From: a virus
Taxonomy: Duplodnaviria > Heunggongvirae > Uroviricota > Caudoviricetes
Direction: 5' to 3' (one strand)
DNA: 45,230 bases
IMG/VR virus record: IMGVR_UViG_2718218139_000011
The position numbers and the translations under genes are program-made. Below, one piece after another: positions 30,967 through 39,648 of the stretch. The notes below the pieces were generated by a model. That model saw only the letters and a list, made by a program, of their open reading frames with translations, did not search any database and was not told the DNA's origin. How positions within the stretch are numbered: position 1 is the stretch's first letter; every line of letters starts with the position of its first letter.

Positions 30967-31042
30967 TGGTGGCCCTTGCTGGATTTGAACCAGCGACCTG
31001 GCGATTATGAGTCGCTCGCTCTCACCACTGAGCTAAAGGGCC
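30967..31042 (-). tRNA. tRNA-Ile2-like, anticodon CAU (ileZ-like)
   Basis: GGCCCTTTAGCTCAGTGGT...CTCATAATCGC...GGTTCAAATCC...CCA; resembles E. coli ileX-type tRNA. Confidence 0.8.
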
Positions 31043-31068
31043 GGGCCGAAAATAATAATCAGATGAAA

Positions 31069-31782
31069 TCAAAAATCAAGCCCTTGCATAGATACATATC
31101 TGTCTGGCGGGAAGCCATAATAGCGGTGAAATACAGAGATAAAATAGGACCTACTTGAATAACCGCATTTTTCTGCCACTGTCTGTCCATACCCATCCCG
31201 GGAACATAACATATTTACAGCAACCCGCATCCGCTCTTCCAGCAACAAGCGACTGAACATATGCCCTTCATTTTTCAGTTTTATCTTTAACAAACTCTCA
31301 CTCATATGCAGGCGTAACGCAATCGCACCGAGCATCCAGTTTGCAGATATATCTGTTTGAATTATCGCCCTGACTTTGGCACTTATACTGGATAAACATC
31401 CACTTAAAAATAATGACATCCGTTCATCTGATTCAAACAGCGACAGGCAGGCCATCATAAGAAACATATCCGTGGTATCTCCGTAAAATCTCTGGCTGGT
31501 AATTAAAGCCGCAGCCAACGCAGGATTGTTGGGTTCCAGGAACAGGTAAAGCGGAATGTCAGTCAGACGAGTCCTCGTCAGCTTATGCTGACTTTCCAGA
31601 TATTGACTTACTATGGAATGGTTTATATCGACAATTTTAACTTTGCCATAATGCATAAGGAACAGTTCCCTGATGCATTTGGTGGCCAGAACGACTGAGC
31701 CGGGCTTAAGTGACAACTTATCCTTTTCAAGAAAAATATTAATTGGGGAGCAAACCATGATAACTGAACAGACAACAGCCAT
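31069..31782 (-). CDS. AraC/XylS-family transcriptional regulator
   Basis: 237 aa; C-terminal double HTH region (...RSYFISVFHRYYGFPPDRY). Confidence 0.75.
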   Translation of the reverse strand: MAVVCSVIMVCSPINIFLEKDKLSLKPGSVVLATKCIRELFLMHYGKVKIVDINHSIVSQYLESQHKLTRTRLTDIPLYLFLEPNNPALAAALITSQRFYGDTTDMFLMMACLSLFESDERMSLFLSGCLSSISAKVRAIIQTDISANWMLGAIALRLHMSESLLKIKLKNEGHMFSRLLLEERMRVAVNMLCSRDGYGQTVAEKCGYSSRSYFISVFHRYYGFPPDRYVSMQGLDF

Positions 31783-31918
31783 TATAATTTTACTTTAATT
31801 AGCAATTGGTTGGCTCAATTATAGCCCCAAAAGGTAAATTCTCATCAACACATAAGAGCATGACTGACAGGTGCCGCTAACACCCACCAGCCGCCCATTA
31901 CCACAAATTAAAAAACCT

Positions 31919-32116
31919 TCACTGCGGAAGGCGTCTGTAACAACCGAACTGATAATCTGCCAGACCCGCCATAACAAGCTGGGTCAGTATTAACTGGCAG
32001 CGTTCACGTGAAAGGTAAGTATTCTGCGCAATCTCCCCGACTGTCGCCGGGTCGGTAACGCTTAATTCATTAAACACCACTCTGGCGGTTTTTGTCATAT
32101 CCTGCTGTTTTAGCAT
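31919..32116 (-). CDS. Hypothetical 65-aa protein, possible small winged-helix DNA-binding protein
   Basis: ORF MLKQQDMTKTARVVFNELSVTDPATVGEIAQNTYLSRERCQLILTQLVMAGLADYQF...; no recognised homolog. Confidence 0.4.
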   Translation of the reverse strand: MLKQQDMTKTARVVFNELSVTDPATVGEIAQNTYLSRERCQLILTQLVMAGLADYQFGCYRRLPQ

Positions 32117-32238
32117 GTCTTTTTTCCCTTTTAGTTAACGTGACATACCAATAACTCTTGTCCAAAAAGCCAGCAAGCAGAAAGACCGGTATTCGCAACC
32201 ACCAGCGCATTTAACGCCCCGTGCCGTTTTTCAGTCAT

Positions 32239-32260
32239 AAAAAAACCCGCAAAAAGCGGG
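32239..32260 (-). terminator. tR-prime-like intrinsic terminator downstream of the Q-like gene
   Basis: Minus-strand hairpin CCCGC-ttttt-GCGGG followed by T7, about 80 nt below the Q-like stop. Confidence 0.55.
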
Positions 32261-32339
32261 CTCTTTCAAATGTCCATGTCTGCTATTCGCCTCGCGGTAC
32301 AGCTTTGCGAAGCGTACCGGAATTGAAGCAGTTTTTACG

Positions 32340-32906
32340 TCAAAAAGCAATAACTTTTTTCTCTATACCAAAAGCCATAACCATTGGTTTGTACAAAATA
32401 AATTCTGCCACCTTTAGCCAATTCTCAATGCGCCTTTCACAGGTTCTTAAACTCCATTCCGGATGTGCATCATTCAGCAGTTCAGCCATTTTGCGCTTAG
32501 TCATCCCCCGCCCCACATAACGCTGACTCAGAACATTGAGCAGCCCGGGATAACCTGCCAGTACTTCACCAATAACCCTGTCGATTATTAACGCCTCTGA
32601 ATCGGTACAATGTGCCAGCCAGCTTTTTTGATTGCCGTTGATCATATCCCGCAAAAAAGCCTCAAGTTCAGGTTTGTCCAGACCCGCTTTTTTCATCCTC
32701 CGGAGCGCCTCGTTAATTGCCGTTTTTGTCAGCTTTTTAGAGGTCAGTAATTGGTTGAACATATTTCCCGTCTTACCGTCGCCAATATACGACCAACGCC
32801 CCCACATACGCAGTTTCCCCTGGATCCAGACACTTTCCAGCGTTTTCAGGCGTAAATGCTCACCGCTTTTGCCTGTAATTTCCGGGTATATCATATTTAT
32901 GCTCAC
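32340..32906 (-). CDS. Putative late-gene antiterminator Q
   Basis: 188 aa; assigned by position (directly after rusA, followed by a terminator, upstream of tRNAs and lysis genes); sequence family not confidently recognised. Confidence 0.55.
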   Translation of the reverse strand: MSINMIYPEITGKSGEHLRLKTLESVWIQGKLRMWGRWSYIGDGKTGNMFNQLLTSKKLTKTAINEALRRMKKAGLDKPELEAFLRDMINGNQKSWLAHCTDSEALIIDRVIGEVLAGYPGLLNVLSQRYVGRGMTKRKMAELLNDAHPEWSLRTCERRIENWLKVAEFILYKPMVMAFGIEKKVIAF

Positions 32907-33262
32907 TCACTTTCAATTTTGTAAATCTTCACACCCAACCGACCACCAGAAACGAGCTGACCGCGCACAATATTAATTTCGTCAAACTGCTCGTCGTCTA
33001 TGAGCAATCCGGCATGCGTCAGCGCATCCAGCGGTGCTTTCAGGATATTGTCCAGGTCACGACGGCGCTTATCCGGTGGCTCTGCAATAATCTTTATCGC
33101 CAGCCTTCCGGACAGGTTTAATTTCAGCCGCTGCTGGCGAACAATAAGCGCCACTGCCCGGCGATAACGCTCCCCGGCTTTTGATACAAAATATGTGCTG
33201 CCACGACGTCGCCAGTAAGTGTTCACCGTCGGCGGGTAAGGTAAAACCAAATCTATGAGCAT
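32903..33262 (-). CDS. rusA: RusA-family Holliday junction resolvase
   Basis: 119 aa with YPPTVNTYWRRRG, RRRDLDNILKAPLDALT and GGRLGVKI motifs. Confidence 0.85.
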   Translation of the reverse strand: MLIDLVLPYPPTVNTYWRRRGSTYFVSKAGERYRRAVALIVRQQRLKLNLSGRLAIKIIAEPPDKRRRDLDNILKAPLDALTHAGLLIDDEQFDEINIVRGQLVSGGRLGVKIYKIESE

Positions 33263-33274
33263 CAGTCACCTCTT

Positions 33275-34324
33275 TTACCCAAGCACGCCAGTTGCAAAGG
33301 CGTGATCAAGAAAACGAAAAATTAAATCAACCTGAGAACCATGCTTTTCTTCGAACGCCAGCGGATCCGCATGAAGCTCGTTGTGATGCTCCCGACACAG
33401 CGGTAGCGTGAAAATATCGTGAGATTTTGTCCCCATTCCGCCCTGACCATGACCAATCAGGTGATGGGGATCGTCGGCTGGCTTACCACAACACGCACAC
33501 GGCTGTGTCTTCACCCAGCGTGTGTATTTCTCGTTAACCCAGCGGCGACGTTTAGGTCGTTTCATGAAAGATTCCGGAGACTCAGGATCAACGGCAATGC
33601 TGACCACCGTCTTTTCCTGTGGTGGGTTCTGTTGCTGGTGGGCGTGAGGCAGCGGCGCAAGATTTTTTGTGCGCTGTTTCAGTATGCTGGTGGCGGTCTG
33701 CTCTCCCGGTACGATGTCGCTTTCACGGTACATTGAGCGGATTTTTTCCGCACGCAACCCCAGCGAACGACGTAATACCGCTTCCGGTAGCGCGTCCGCC
33801 ACCTGATTGCGGACCGCCCACCAGGATAATTCAGCCAGAGATAATTCACGCTCCTGCGTACCGCTTATTGCGCGACCGATGACGTCAATCATCCATGCTG
33901 ACAGGTTTTGATGAGCAAGTTGCTCGAGTGATTCGGATGTCTGGTCACGCAGCTGGTTGTCGCAGTGCCAACACAACACCATTGCGCCGGTACCATAACG
34001 GTGAATGACGGTTTCAGAGTGATGGTAATCGCCATTAGGCCACTGGCAGGATGTAACATGACGTAATAGCCAGTCAGACAATGCGCCAACGCCGCCAGCA
34101 GCGCGAATCACCCGCTCATCGCTGAAAAATGGCAGCAGAGATTTGTCTTCCGCCAGCGGCTGGCGAACGGCAGGAACGACTCCGGATGGCAGACCTCGCA
34201 TGCTTTTTGGCTCCGGCTCCACCAGCACACGCCCCTGCATAAACAAAGGCATCGCATCAGGACCGGGCCTGAAAAGTACAATCCCCAGACGGTGAGCAAT
34301 TTCAGGAGTCACTAATACCCGCAC
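33275..34324 (-). CDS. DUF968-family protein (YdfU-like) with C-terminal Cys/His-rich HNH-like region
   Basis: 349 aa; C-terminal CACCGKPADDPHHLIGHGQGGMGTKSHDIFTLPLCREHHNELH. Confidence 0.7.
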   Translation of the reverse strand: MRVLVTPEIAHRLGIVLFRPGPDAMPLFMQGRVLVEPEPKSMRGLPSGVVPAVRQPLAEDKSLLPFFSDERVIRAAGGVGALSDWLLRHVTSCQWPNGDYHHSETVIHRYGTGAMVLCWHCDNQLRDQTSESLEQLAHQNLSAWMIDVIGRAISGTQERELSLAELSWWAVRNQVADALPEAVLRRSLGLRAEKIRSMYRESDIVPGEQTATSILKQRTKNLAPLPHAHQQQNPPQEKTVVSIAVDPESPESFMKRPKRRRWVNEKYTRWVKTQPCACCGKPADDPHHLIGHGQGGMGTKSHDIFTLPLCREHHNELHADPLAFEEKHGSQVDLIFRFLDHAFATGVLG

Positions 34325-34325
34325 G

Positions 34326-34604
34326 TTACCTCCAGATGCGTTGCTGGAATGTGCGGGACGGACGCGGTGGGCGTTCGGAATAAGGGAGCCTGACGGAAAT
34401 TATCCAGTGTCGGAAGTCAAGACTGAGATCCTTCCTGACCTCGCGTCCGCGCCTGCGATAACACTGAATCAGCCATTCGGCCTGTTCTTCAGTGCACGGA
34501 TCATGCTGATACCAGTCAGTTTTAAAGACGTGTGAACGCCGCCCGTACCGGATGGCAGGGTCGGCTGAGTTATCAGAATTGTGATGTTTGGTATTGTGCG
34601 CCAT
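34326..34604 (-). CDS. Hypothetical small protein (occupies the position of rem in Qin)
   Basis: Internal ATG (MAHNTKHHNSD...) of the 34326..34658 track ORF; start uncertain. Confidence 0.4.
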   Translation of the reverse strand: MAHNTKHHNSDNSADPAIRYGRRSHVFKTDWYQHDPCTEEQAEWLIQCYRRRGREVRKDLSLDFRHWIISVRLPYSERPPRPSRTFQQRIWR

Positions 34605-34739
34605 CGGTTTTCTCTGCTGGCGCAGCAGGTGCCAGTTGTTCAGGCTGACGTGCGGCAATATTGTCTCTGATTTCTGTTGTCGTCAACAGGCAACGTGCTA
34701 TCATCGAATGGTGTTCTATCCTACTCCGTGAGGTTTACC

Positions 34740-34997
34740 ATGCGTACAACCCAACAATTCAGCATTACATTAACTAACGAAATGGCTGACATGGTGCGCG
34801 CCCGTGTGGCTTCCGGTGCCTATGCTTCAGAAAGCGAGGTCATTCGTGAAGGGCTTCGCGCACTGAATGAGCGCGATAAAGCAATCGAAGCGTGGTTAAC
34901 GCATTCAGCCGCCCCCTCTCTTGATTCTATCCGCGAAAATCCAAACAACGGACGCTCCATTTCACAGGTTCGCGCCGCGATTCGATCCGGGAAGTAA
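34740..34997 (+). CDS. parD: ParD-family antitoxin (ribbon-helix-helix)
   Basis: Start MRTTQQFSITLTNEMADMVRARVASGAYASESEVIREGLRAL with GTGAGG RBS 6 nt upstream; plus strand. Confidence 0.8.
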   Translation: MRTTQQFSITLTNEMADMVRARVASGAYASESEVIREGLRALNERDKAIEAWLTHSAAPSLDSIRENPNNGRSISQVRAAIRSGK

Positions 34998-35002
34998 TCT
35001 GC

Positions 35003-35302
35003 ATGACATATGAAGTCATCATTACTCCTGAGGCCGAACAACAAATAATCAACCTGCACAAATATATAACGGAGAAAGCAGGGAACGTCATTGCTGACAA
35101 TTATGCCAATGCGCTTCTTGATTATCTTGATGGGTTTTCTACATTCCCGCATCGGGGCAATAAACGCGATGATATTCGCCAGGGGATGCGGGTAACTCAT
35201 TTCCGCCACAGAACGATTATTGCTTTTGCCGTTGATGGCAGAAAAGTCTTTATTGTCGGTATCTATCATGGTGGGCAAAGTTATGAAACCGATTTCTTAT
35301 AA
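35003..35302 (+). CDS. parE: ParE/RelE-superfamily toxin
   Basis: 99 aa starting 5 nt after the parD stop; size and organisation typical of ParE. Confidence 0.75.
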   Translation: MTYEVIITPEAEQQIINLHKYITEKAGNVIADNYANALLDYLDGFSTFPHRGNKRDDIRQGMRVTHFRHRTIIAFAVDGRKVFIVGIYHGGQSYETDFL

Positions 35303-35385
35303 ACTTTTACCCACATCATTCCGGTGTTAGAATAAACCGTCCGCCCCCTCTCTTACTGGCGGATTCGTAGGCTATATAAATCAAA

Positions 35386-35419
35386 GATCCCGGCTCATAT
35401 TTGTGTCGGGATCTTTTTT
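35386..35419 (+). terminator. Intrinsic terminator downstream of parDE
   Basis: Hairpin GATCCCG-(14 nt)-CGGGATC followed by T6. Confidence 0.55.
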
Positions 35420-35506
35420 CGGCGATTTATCCCCAGCGGCAAATCGAATACACCACCAGCGCCACCGCCATCGCAATTCCTACCGTTGTGAATGCTTCAG
35501 GCCAGG

Positions 35507-36007
35507 TCATCGTAAAATATCCTCCACGCTTATCAGTCCGTTTCGCTTCAGGTAGTCCATCGCTTTATCCGGTAATTTGCAGTCCGGTTTCGCTTTCCTC
35601 AGTTGCCAGGCCAACTGCTTTACCAGCATAGTTAGTCCTCTTGCCGAACCTGATGGAATCGCCAACTCTTTGCTGGCAAGCTTCAGCATGGCATCTCCGT
35701 ATCTCGCCATACCTTTCTCAAGCGCAGCTTTAACCAGTCCTTCAGGCACTACCGGCACAGGTGGAGCGGCAAATAATGGTTTGGGTGATATCTCCGCACG
35801 TTTTGCATATGCCTCAACTGTGTCAGGATTAAACAGGATTATGTTTTCACCGCATTCCCATGCTATCGGTTCTGCTTCCAGCGATGCCAGCGCAATTTTG
35901 AATAACTCGCACTCTACCCGTGCCATTTCTGAACTTGGGTGACATTTCGCAATCGCTATTCTTAATTTAGCCTCTTCGATTAATTGCTCTTTGGTTAATT
36001 CAGTCAT
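35507..36007 (-). CDS. Hypothetical phage protein (Ea22-like flavour)
   Basis: 166-aa ORF; family unverified. Confidence 0.5.
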   Translation of the reverse strand: MTELTKEQLIEEAKLRIAIAKCHPSSEMARVECELFKIALASLEAEPIAWECGENIILFNPDTVEAYAKRAEISPKPLFAAPPVPVVPEGLVKAALEKGMARYGDAMLKLASKELAIPSGSARGLTMLVKQLAWQLRKAKPDCKLPDKAMDYLKRNGLISVEDILR

Positions 36008-36137
36008 TTTTCATTACCGCCCTTTCGGGCGGCCTCCTGATGATTTGAGGGTGCAGAAATCCCTCCGGTTAAGGATTTAATAAAAATCACTTCTGATTTA
36101 AATTTTCAGTGTTTTGTTGCCAGGTGATTTATCGCCT

Positions 36138-36449
36138 TTACGCTTCAGCCTTATTTCGCAACCAGACACAAACCGGGCCATCTTCGGTGTCATGTATTGA
36201 ACCAATAAACCATCCATCGCCCTCTGGTCGTTCCGGTTCCCAGGTGGAAATATCAGGACCATCTGCGTCCAGATTAAAATCATCTTCATCCATAGTTCTG
36301 ATGGTCCATTGAAGATTATTTTCCTCCATCCATGCGTTAAACTCTTCCGTTGAAATATGTTCTCTACCATCACAGAATTTTTCATATTCAGGATGCGTCC
36401 AGCAGCCATATTCATCACGTACTACTGGTATTTCTTTAATTTCATTCAT
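36138..36449 (-). CDS. Hypothetical acidic protein (possibly DUF551-like)
   Basis: 103-aa ORF; family unverified. Confidence 0.5.
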   Translation of the reverse strand: MNEIKEIPVVRDEYGCWTHPEYEKFCDGREHISTEEFNAWMEENNLQWTIRTMDEDDFNLDADGPDISTWEPERPEGDGWFIGSIHDTEDGPVCVWLRNKAEA

Positions 36450-36696
36450 TTCTGTTCTCCCACGTTTTCAGACTTTCACCACAGAACGGACAAAATGAAA
36501 CCCGAACTGGTAATTTAGAAAATTCACCGGAACGCAACATCACCAAATCAGGGCCGCGAGTTAAACTCTCATTCCAGATTTTGTATATCAGCAGACCTTT
36601 TCGCGTCGTGTATTCAGCATCATGCTCAAGGGATTTTGCCAGAGCCGTACACGGTTCTATCTTGTTGCCATTAATTTGGCATTTTGACTCACTCAC
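36442..36696 (-). CDS. Hypothetical 84-aa protein with C-terminal CxxC
   Basis: GTG start overlapping the upstream stop (GTGA) with AAGGAGA RBS. Confidence 0.5.
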   Translation of the reverse strand: MSESKCQINGNKIEPCTALAKSLEHDAEYTTRKGLLIYKIWNESLTRGPDLVMLRSGEFSKLPVRVSFCPFCGESLKTWENRNE

Positions 36697-37340
36697 TGGT
36701 TGTCTCCTTTGCGAATCTGTTCCACCCATTCTTCAAGGGATTTCTCCGCATATTCACCGGACAGACCATCAATCGGGTGCGGTTCATTAGCCAACTCTTC
36801 TTTCGCTGACAGAATCATGCGCGTAACGTCGAAAACCTCACGTAAAGACTTATTGATAAATCCGTGATTGAACGCAGCAGCAAGACGGCTGGCGGTATAG
36901 TTAATCCCCTCGTTGCGTGCTTTCGCACGTACTTCAGCCAGGAAAGCATCGGTGGCTGGGGTTTGCGGCATCCTTCCGTCTATTGCACAGATATACGCAT
37001 CAGATAGTTCATCCTGCTCGCCATCAAACACGTAGCAACTCTGTGCGATAAATTTATTCAGCCCCGCATTCTCCGCCGCAAGTGCAGCAAGATTAGTCTC
37101 CAGCTCTGCAATGCGTTTGCTTTGGGCTTCCCGTTCATCAAGCACTGCCAGCACGGTAGCCGGATTGGCTGCCGCTATGAATCGCTTATTGGCGCGATTA
37201 TCTGGTCCTGAGCATGATGCTATGTAGTAATTTGCGTTCAGTCCGGCATCGGCAATTACCCCATAATCATCAGAACACCATTCGCCAGAGGTTGCATTTT
37301 CTGCCGCCATTCGCAGTGCCTGGTAATTAATGTTGCTCAC
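36693..37340 (-). CDS. Hypothetical phage protein with coiled-coil segment (Ea22-like)
   Basis: GTG start preceded by AGGAGG; 216 aa. Confidence 0.55.
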   Translation of the reverse strand: MSNINYQALRMAAENATSGEWCSDDYGVIADAGLNANYYIASCSGPDNRANKRFIAAANPATVLAVLDEREAQSKRIAELETNLAALAAENAGLNKFIAQSCYVFDGEQDELSDAYICAIDGRMPQTPATDAFLAEVRAKARNEGINYTASRLAAAFNHGFINKSLREVFDVTRMILSAKEELANEPHPIDGLSGEYAEKSLEEWVEQIRKGDNQ

Positions 37341-37632
37341 TGGTTGCCTCCTGAAAAATAACTGCATGCCCCAGCTTCTCCGCCAGTGCCAGTTCTGCCT
37401 TAGCACCTGCTGACCGCTGCCAGCCTTTCAGCATGTAAATCGCATCCACACAACGAATCATTGCCATGCAAATATCCATGTAGTGCGGCTGTGTCAGCCC
37501 GTCCGAAAGTACTGCCGGGTTTAAGACGGTATACCCTTCCCGTTTCAGTTCCTCTTCCGCCTCGTGGAACGCCTCACGGTTGAAATTTTTATACCCGGTC
37601 ATCGGACCAGCGATATAAACCCTCACCCTCAC
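37327..37632 (-). CDS. DUF4406-type protein (nucleoside 2-deoxyribosyltransferase-like fold)
   Basis: 101 aa MRVRVYIAGPMTGYKNFNREAFHEAEEEL; GTG start overlapping upstream stop with AGGAGG RBS. Confidence 0.65.
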   Translation of the reverse strand: MRVRVYIAGPMTGYKNFNREAFHEAEEELKREGYTVLNPAVLSDGLTQPHYMDICMAMIRCVDAIYMLKGWQRSAGAKAELALAEKLGHAVIFQEATSEQH

Positions 37633-38051
37633 GCCATCACCTCCTGAAAATTACCCTGATAAAACGCCAGCACACGCTGCATAACCTTGCTTTTCCGGCA
37701 CTCGCGACAGATTATGTTCTGACGCCTGTTGTAGCGGCGTATTTCTCCGTCTGGTAATGACCAGATAAGGTCAGGATCAACCACAACCGGTTTCTTCAGT
37801 TTTGCCCTCGATAATTTTTTGCGGGCGTTTTGCCAGTCCTTACGAGCCTGTTCAGATGGGAATAACCCGTAACCAGAGTTGTATACATCGCCGCTGGCAA
37901 CCAGCTCTCTTGCGAGAACGCTCATCAGATATCTTGTTGCCCCAGTTTTAGCTTCCAGTTGTCGTAACGTCTCACGCCCACTCTGGCGTACGAGTTCAAC
38001 AACCTGCCCTTTAATTTTTTCTCGCTCTTCCTGTGTAAATACTTTTGCCAC
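37629..38051 (-). CDS. Hypothetical basic protein
   Basis: 140 aa; GTG start with AGGAGG RBS; C-terminal CRECRK. Confidence 0.5.
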   Translation of the reverse strand: MAKVFTQEEREKIKGQVVELVRQSGRETLRQLEAKTGATRYLMSVLARELVASGDVYNSGYGLFPSEQARKDWQNARKKLSRAKLKKPVVVDPDLIWSLPDGEIRRYNRRQNIICRECRKSKVMQRVLAFYQGNFQEVMA

Positions 38052-38091
38052 AAGTCCTCCTGAAAATTACCTCATGACCTGAAATAAACAC

Positions 38092-38772
38092 TTACCCCCT
38101 GAAGCCCGGCGGAATTTCGGTATCCGGTTCAGAAATATGATTCACACAACGCTGGTTGTTCGTGCCGCTTACCGGGAGCAACCAGGGGTTTTCAAAATTC
38201 CGGTCCGGTCCAAAAAAGGTCGTCGCTCGCTGAACAAATTCCGTTCCCGTTTTCCCGGTAGCCGCCAGATATCTTGCGTAACGCCTCACGCCATCCAGCA
38301 TGGCCTCTGGTGGCACCCCCTCGCGTAATCTGGCCTTCCAGGCACTGAAAGCGGATTTCTTCGGGTTTGCTCCGGCACGCAACGGGTACTCCCGCCAGAC
38401 CTGTTCGAACACATCCGGATAATCCACTCGTCCCACAGGCTGCCCGGTGTTTTCCGGGACTACCCGATCGGCTTCCCGCTGAATGGCGGAATCGGCTTCA
38501 GGCTGCTGCAGTTGGTGTGATTGCTCCGGCCTTCCGGTCATCACCTGCTGCACAGCGCCCGAATCGGCTTTCAGCGCATACGCTGAATCGGCTTCCGGTG
38601 TCGTGCCTGCTGGCTGACCAGGATTGACGGTCTGAACATCCCCTGCCTGGTCCATGGCGTTTTTTACGCCATGGACCATAGTGTTTTGATCTTCTTGATC
38701 TGTATCTTTATCTGTATCTTTATCTGTCGTGACTCGTCGTGACATTTCGTGACGCGCCGTGACAATCGCCAT
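38092..38772 (-). CDS. Putative replication protein, C-terminal part (start uncertain)
   Basis: 226-aa ORF; its first 30 codons are read through the iteron/AT-rich DNA so the true start may be the internal MVHGVKNAMDQ; conserved-looking C-terminus. Confidence 0.5.
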   Translation of the reverse strand: MAIVTARHEMSRRVTTDKDTDKDTDQEDQNTMVHGVKNAMDQAGDVQTVNPGQPAGTTPEADSAYALKADSGAVQQVMTGRPEQSHQLQQPEADSAIQREADRVVPENTGQPVGRVDYPDVFEQVWREYPLRAGANPKKSAFSAWKARLREGVPPEAMLDGVRRYARYLAATGKTGTEFVQRATTFFGPDRNFENPWLLPVSGTNNQRCVNHISEPDTEIPPGFRG

Positions 38773-39157
38773 TTTGTTCCCGCTTTCTTTCCCTCTCTCG
38801 CTGCGCCCTCTTGCGCTCTGCAGGAGATTTTGCGGTTTGCGAAATATTGCCGTTGTCCTCTTTAAGCACCTGGCGTTTTTCCCATCCAGTGATTAAATCA
38901 CCATCAAGTACCCGCCCCTGCATCGTCTGCAAAATTGAATCAATTACCTCTTCTGTCACGTCGAGCGCACTTGCCAAATCTTCTGTCGTGACATCAATGT
39001 GACCTCGCGTGACATTTCGTGACGCGCTCACCAGGAGGTGGATATACACTGCCATCACTGTTGCAATTGGCTGCCCTGACACCCTGGCAATTGTTCGCCA
39101 CTTAGGGTCATTTGGCATGTCATGCCATAATCTGAGCCAAGCGTTAGCCATACTCAC
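38720..39157 (-). CDS. Putative replication initiator, N-terminal DNA-binding part
   Basis: 145-aa ORF directly downstream of cII-like gene; contains one iteron cluster and ends in the second. Confidence 0.5.
   Translation of the reverse strand: MSMANAWLRLWHDMPNDPKWRTIARVSGQPIATVMAVYIHLLVSASRNVTRGHIDVTTEDLASALDVTEEVIDSILQTMQGRVLDGDLITGWEKRQVLKEDNGNISQTAKSPAERKRAQRERERKREQNGDCHGASRNVTTSHDR
38728..38763. repeat. Four direct CGTGAC repeats at exact 10-bp spacing, beside an AT-rich GATC-containing tract
   Basis: Direct reading: CGTGAC at 38728, 38738, 38748, 38758; TATCTTTATCTG x2 and two GATC sites at 38682..38727. Confidence 0.8.
38989..39023. repeat. Second cluster of four GTGAC repeats at 10-bp spacing
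   Basis: GTGAC at 38989, 38999, 39009, 39019; 20-bp segment CGTGACATTTCGTGACGCGC identical to the first cluster; inverted copy GTCACG at 38955. Confidence 0.8.
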
Positions 39158-39222
39158 CTCTTCTGATACCGAATCTTTTTACTCACGAGTTGCCGGAAGC
39201 GATTCGATATGGCTATTGTCAG

Positions 39223-39648
39223 TCAATGTACTGCCACAGCATTTCCTGCCGGGCCACCACGGTTCATCTGATTGAAACCGGCGATTGCCACTGCGACAAA
39301 ATCATCAGCGTCTCTCACCAATCGCTCCCGCGTCTCCACCAGCTCCCGAAAATAAGCTGAACTGTGGCTGCGCATTCTGGCCACCAGCAAAGGTGGCATT
39401 GCCTTTTCGATCGCTGGTAACAACGCCTGAATTTTTTCAACTGCATCAGGGGTGTCTTTCTCTACCCAGCGGAAAATTTTCTGGGTATTGCGAGCCAAGG
39501 CTTCCGGATGGCTGTCGTCATACAGTTCAGGAAACGTCATACCCAACTCAAAATAAGCCTGGGTTATTCCAGCTGCTGGAACTTTTTCGCCATCAGGACG
39601 CGCCCAGGCATTCATCGCCATGCGGATGTGTTCATGCTTGATTTTCAT
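39223..39648 (-). CDS. CII-like regulator (YdaT-like)
   Basis: Start at internal MKIKHEH; position after cro-like gene; recalled similarity to Rac YdaT. Confidence 0.6.
   Translation of the reverse strand: MKIKHEHIRMAMNAWARPDGEKVPAAGITQAYFELGMTFPELYDDSHPEALARNTQKIFRWVEKDTPDAVEKIQALLPAIEKAMPPLLVARMRSHSSAYFRELVETRERLVRDADDFVAVAIAGFNQMNRGGPAGNAVAVH

Noticed and set aside
38728-39023. CRISPR array
   Set aside because: Repeats are 6 bp at 10-bp spacing within coding sequence, with no spacer-length units and no cas genes
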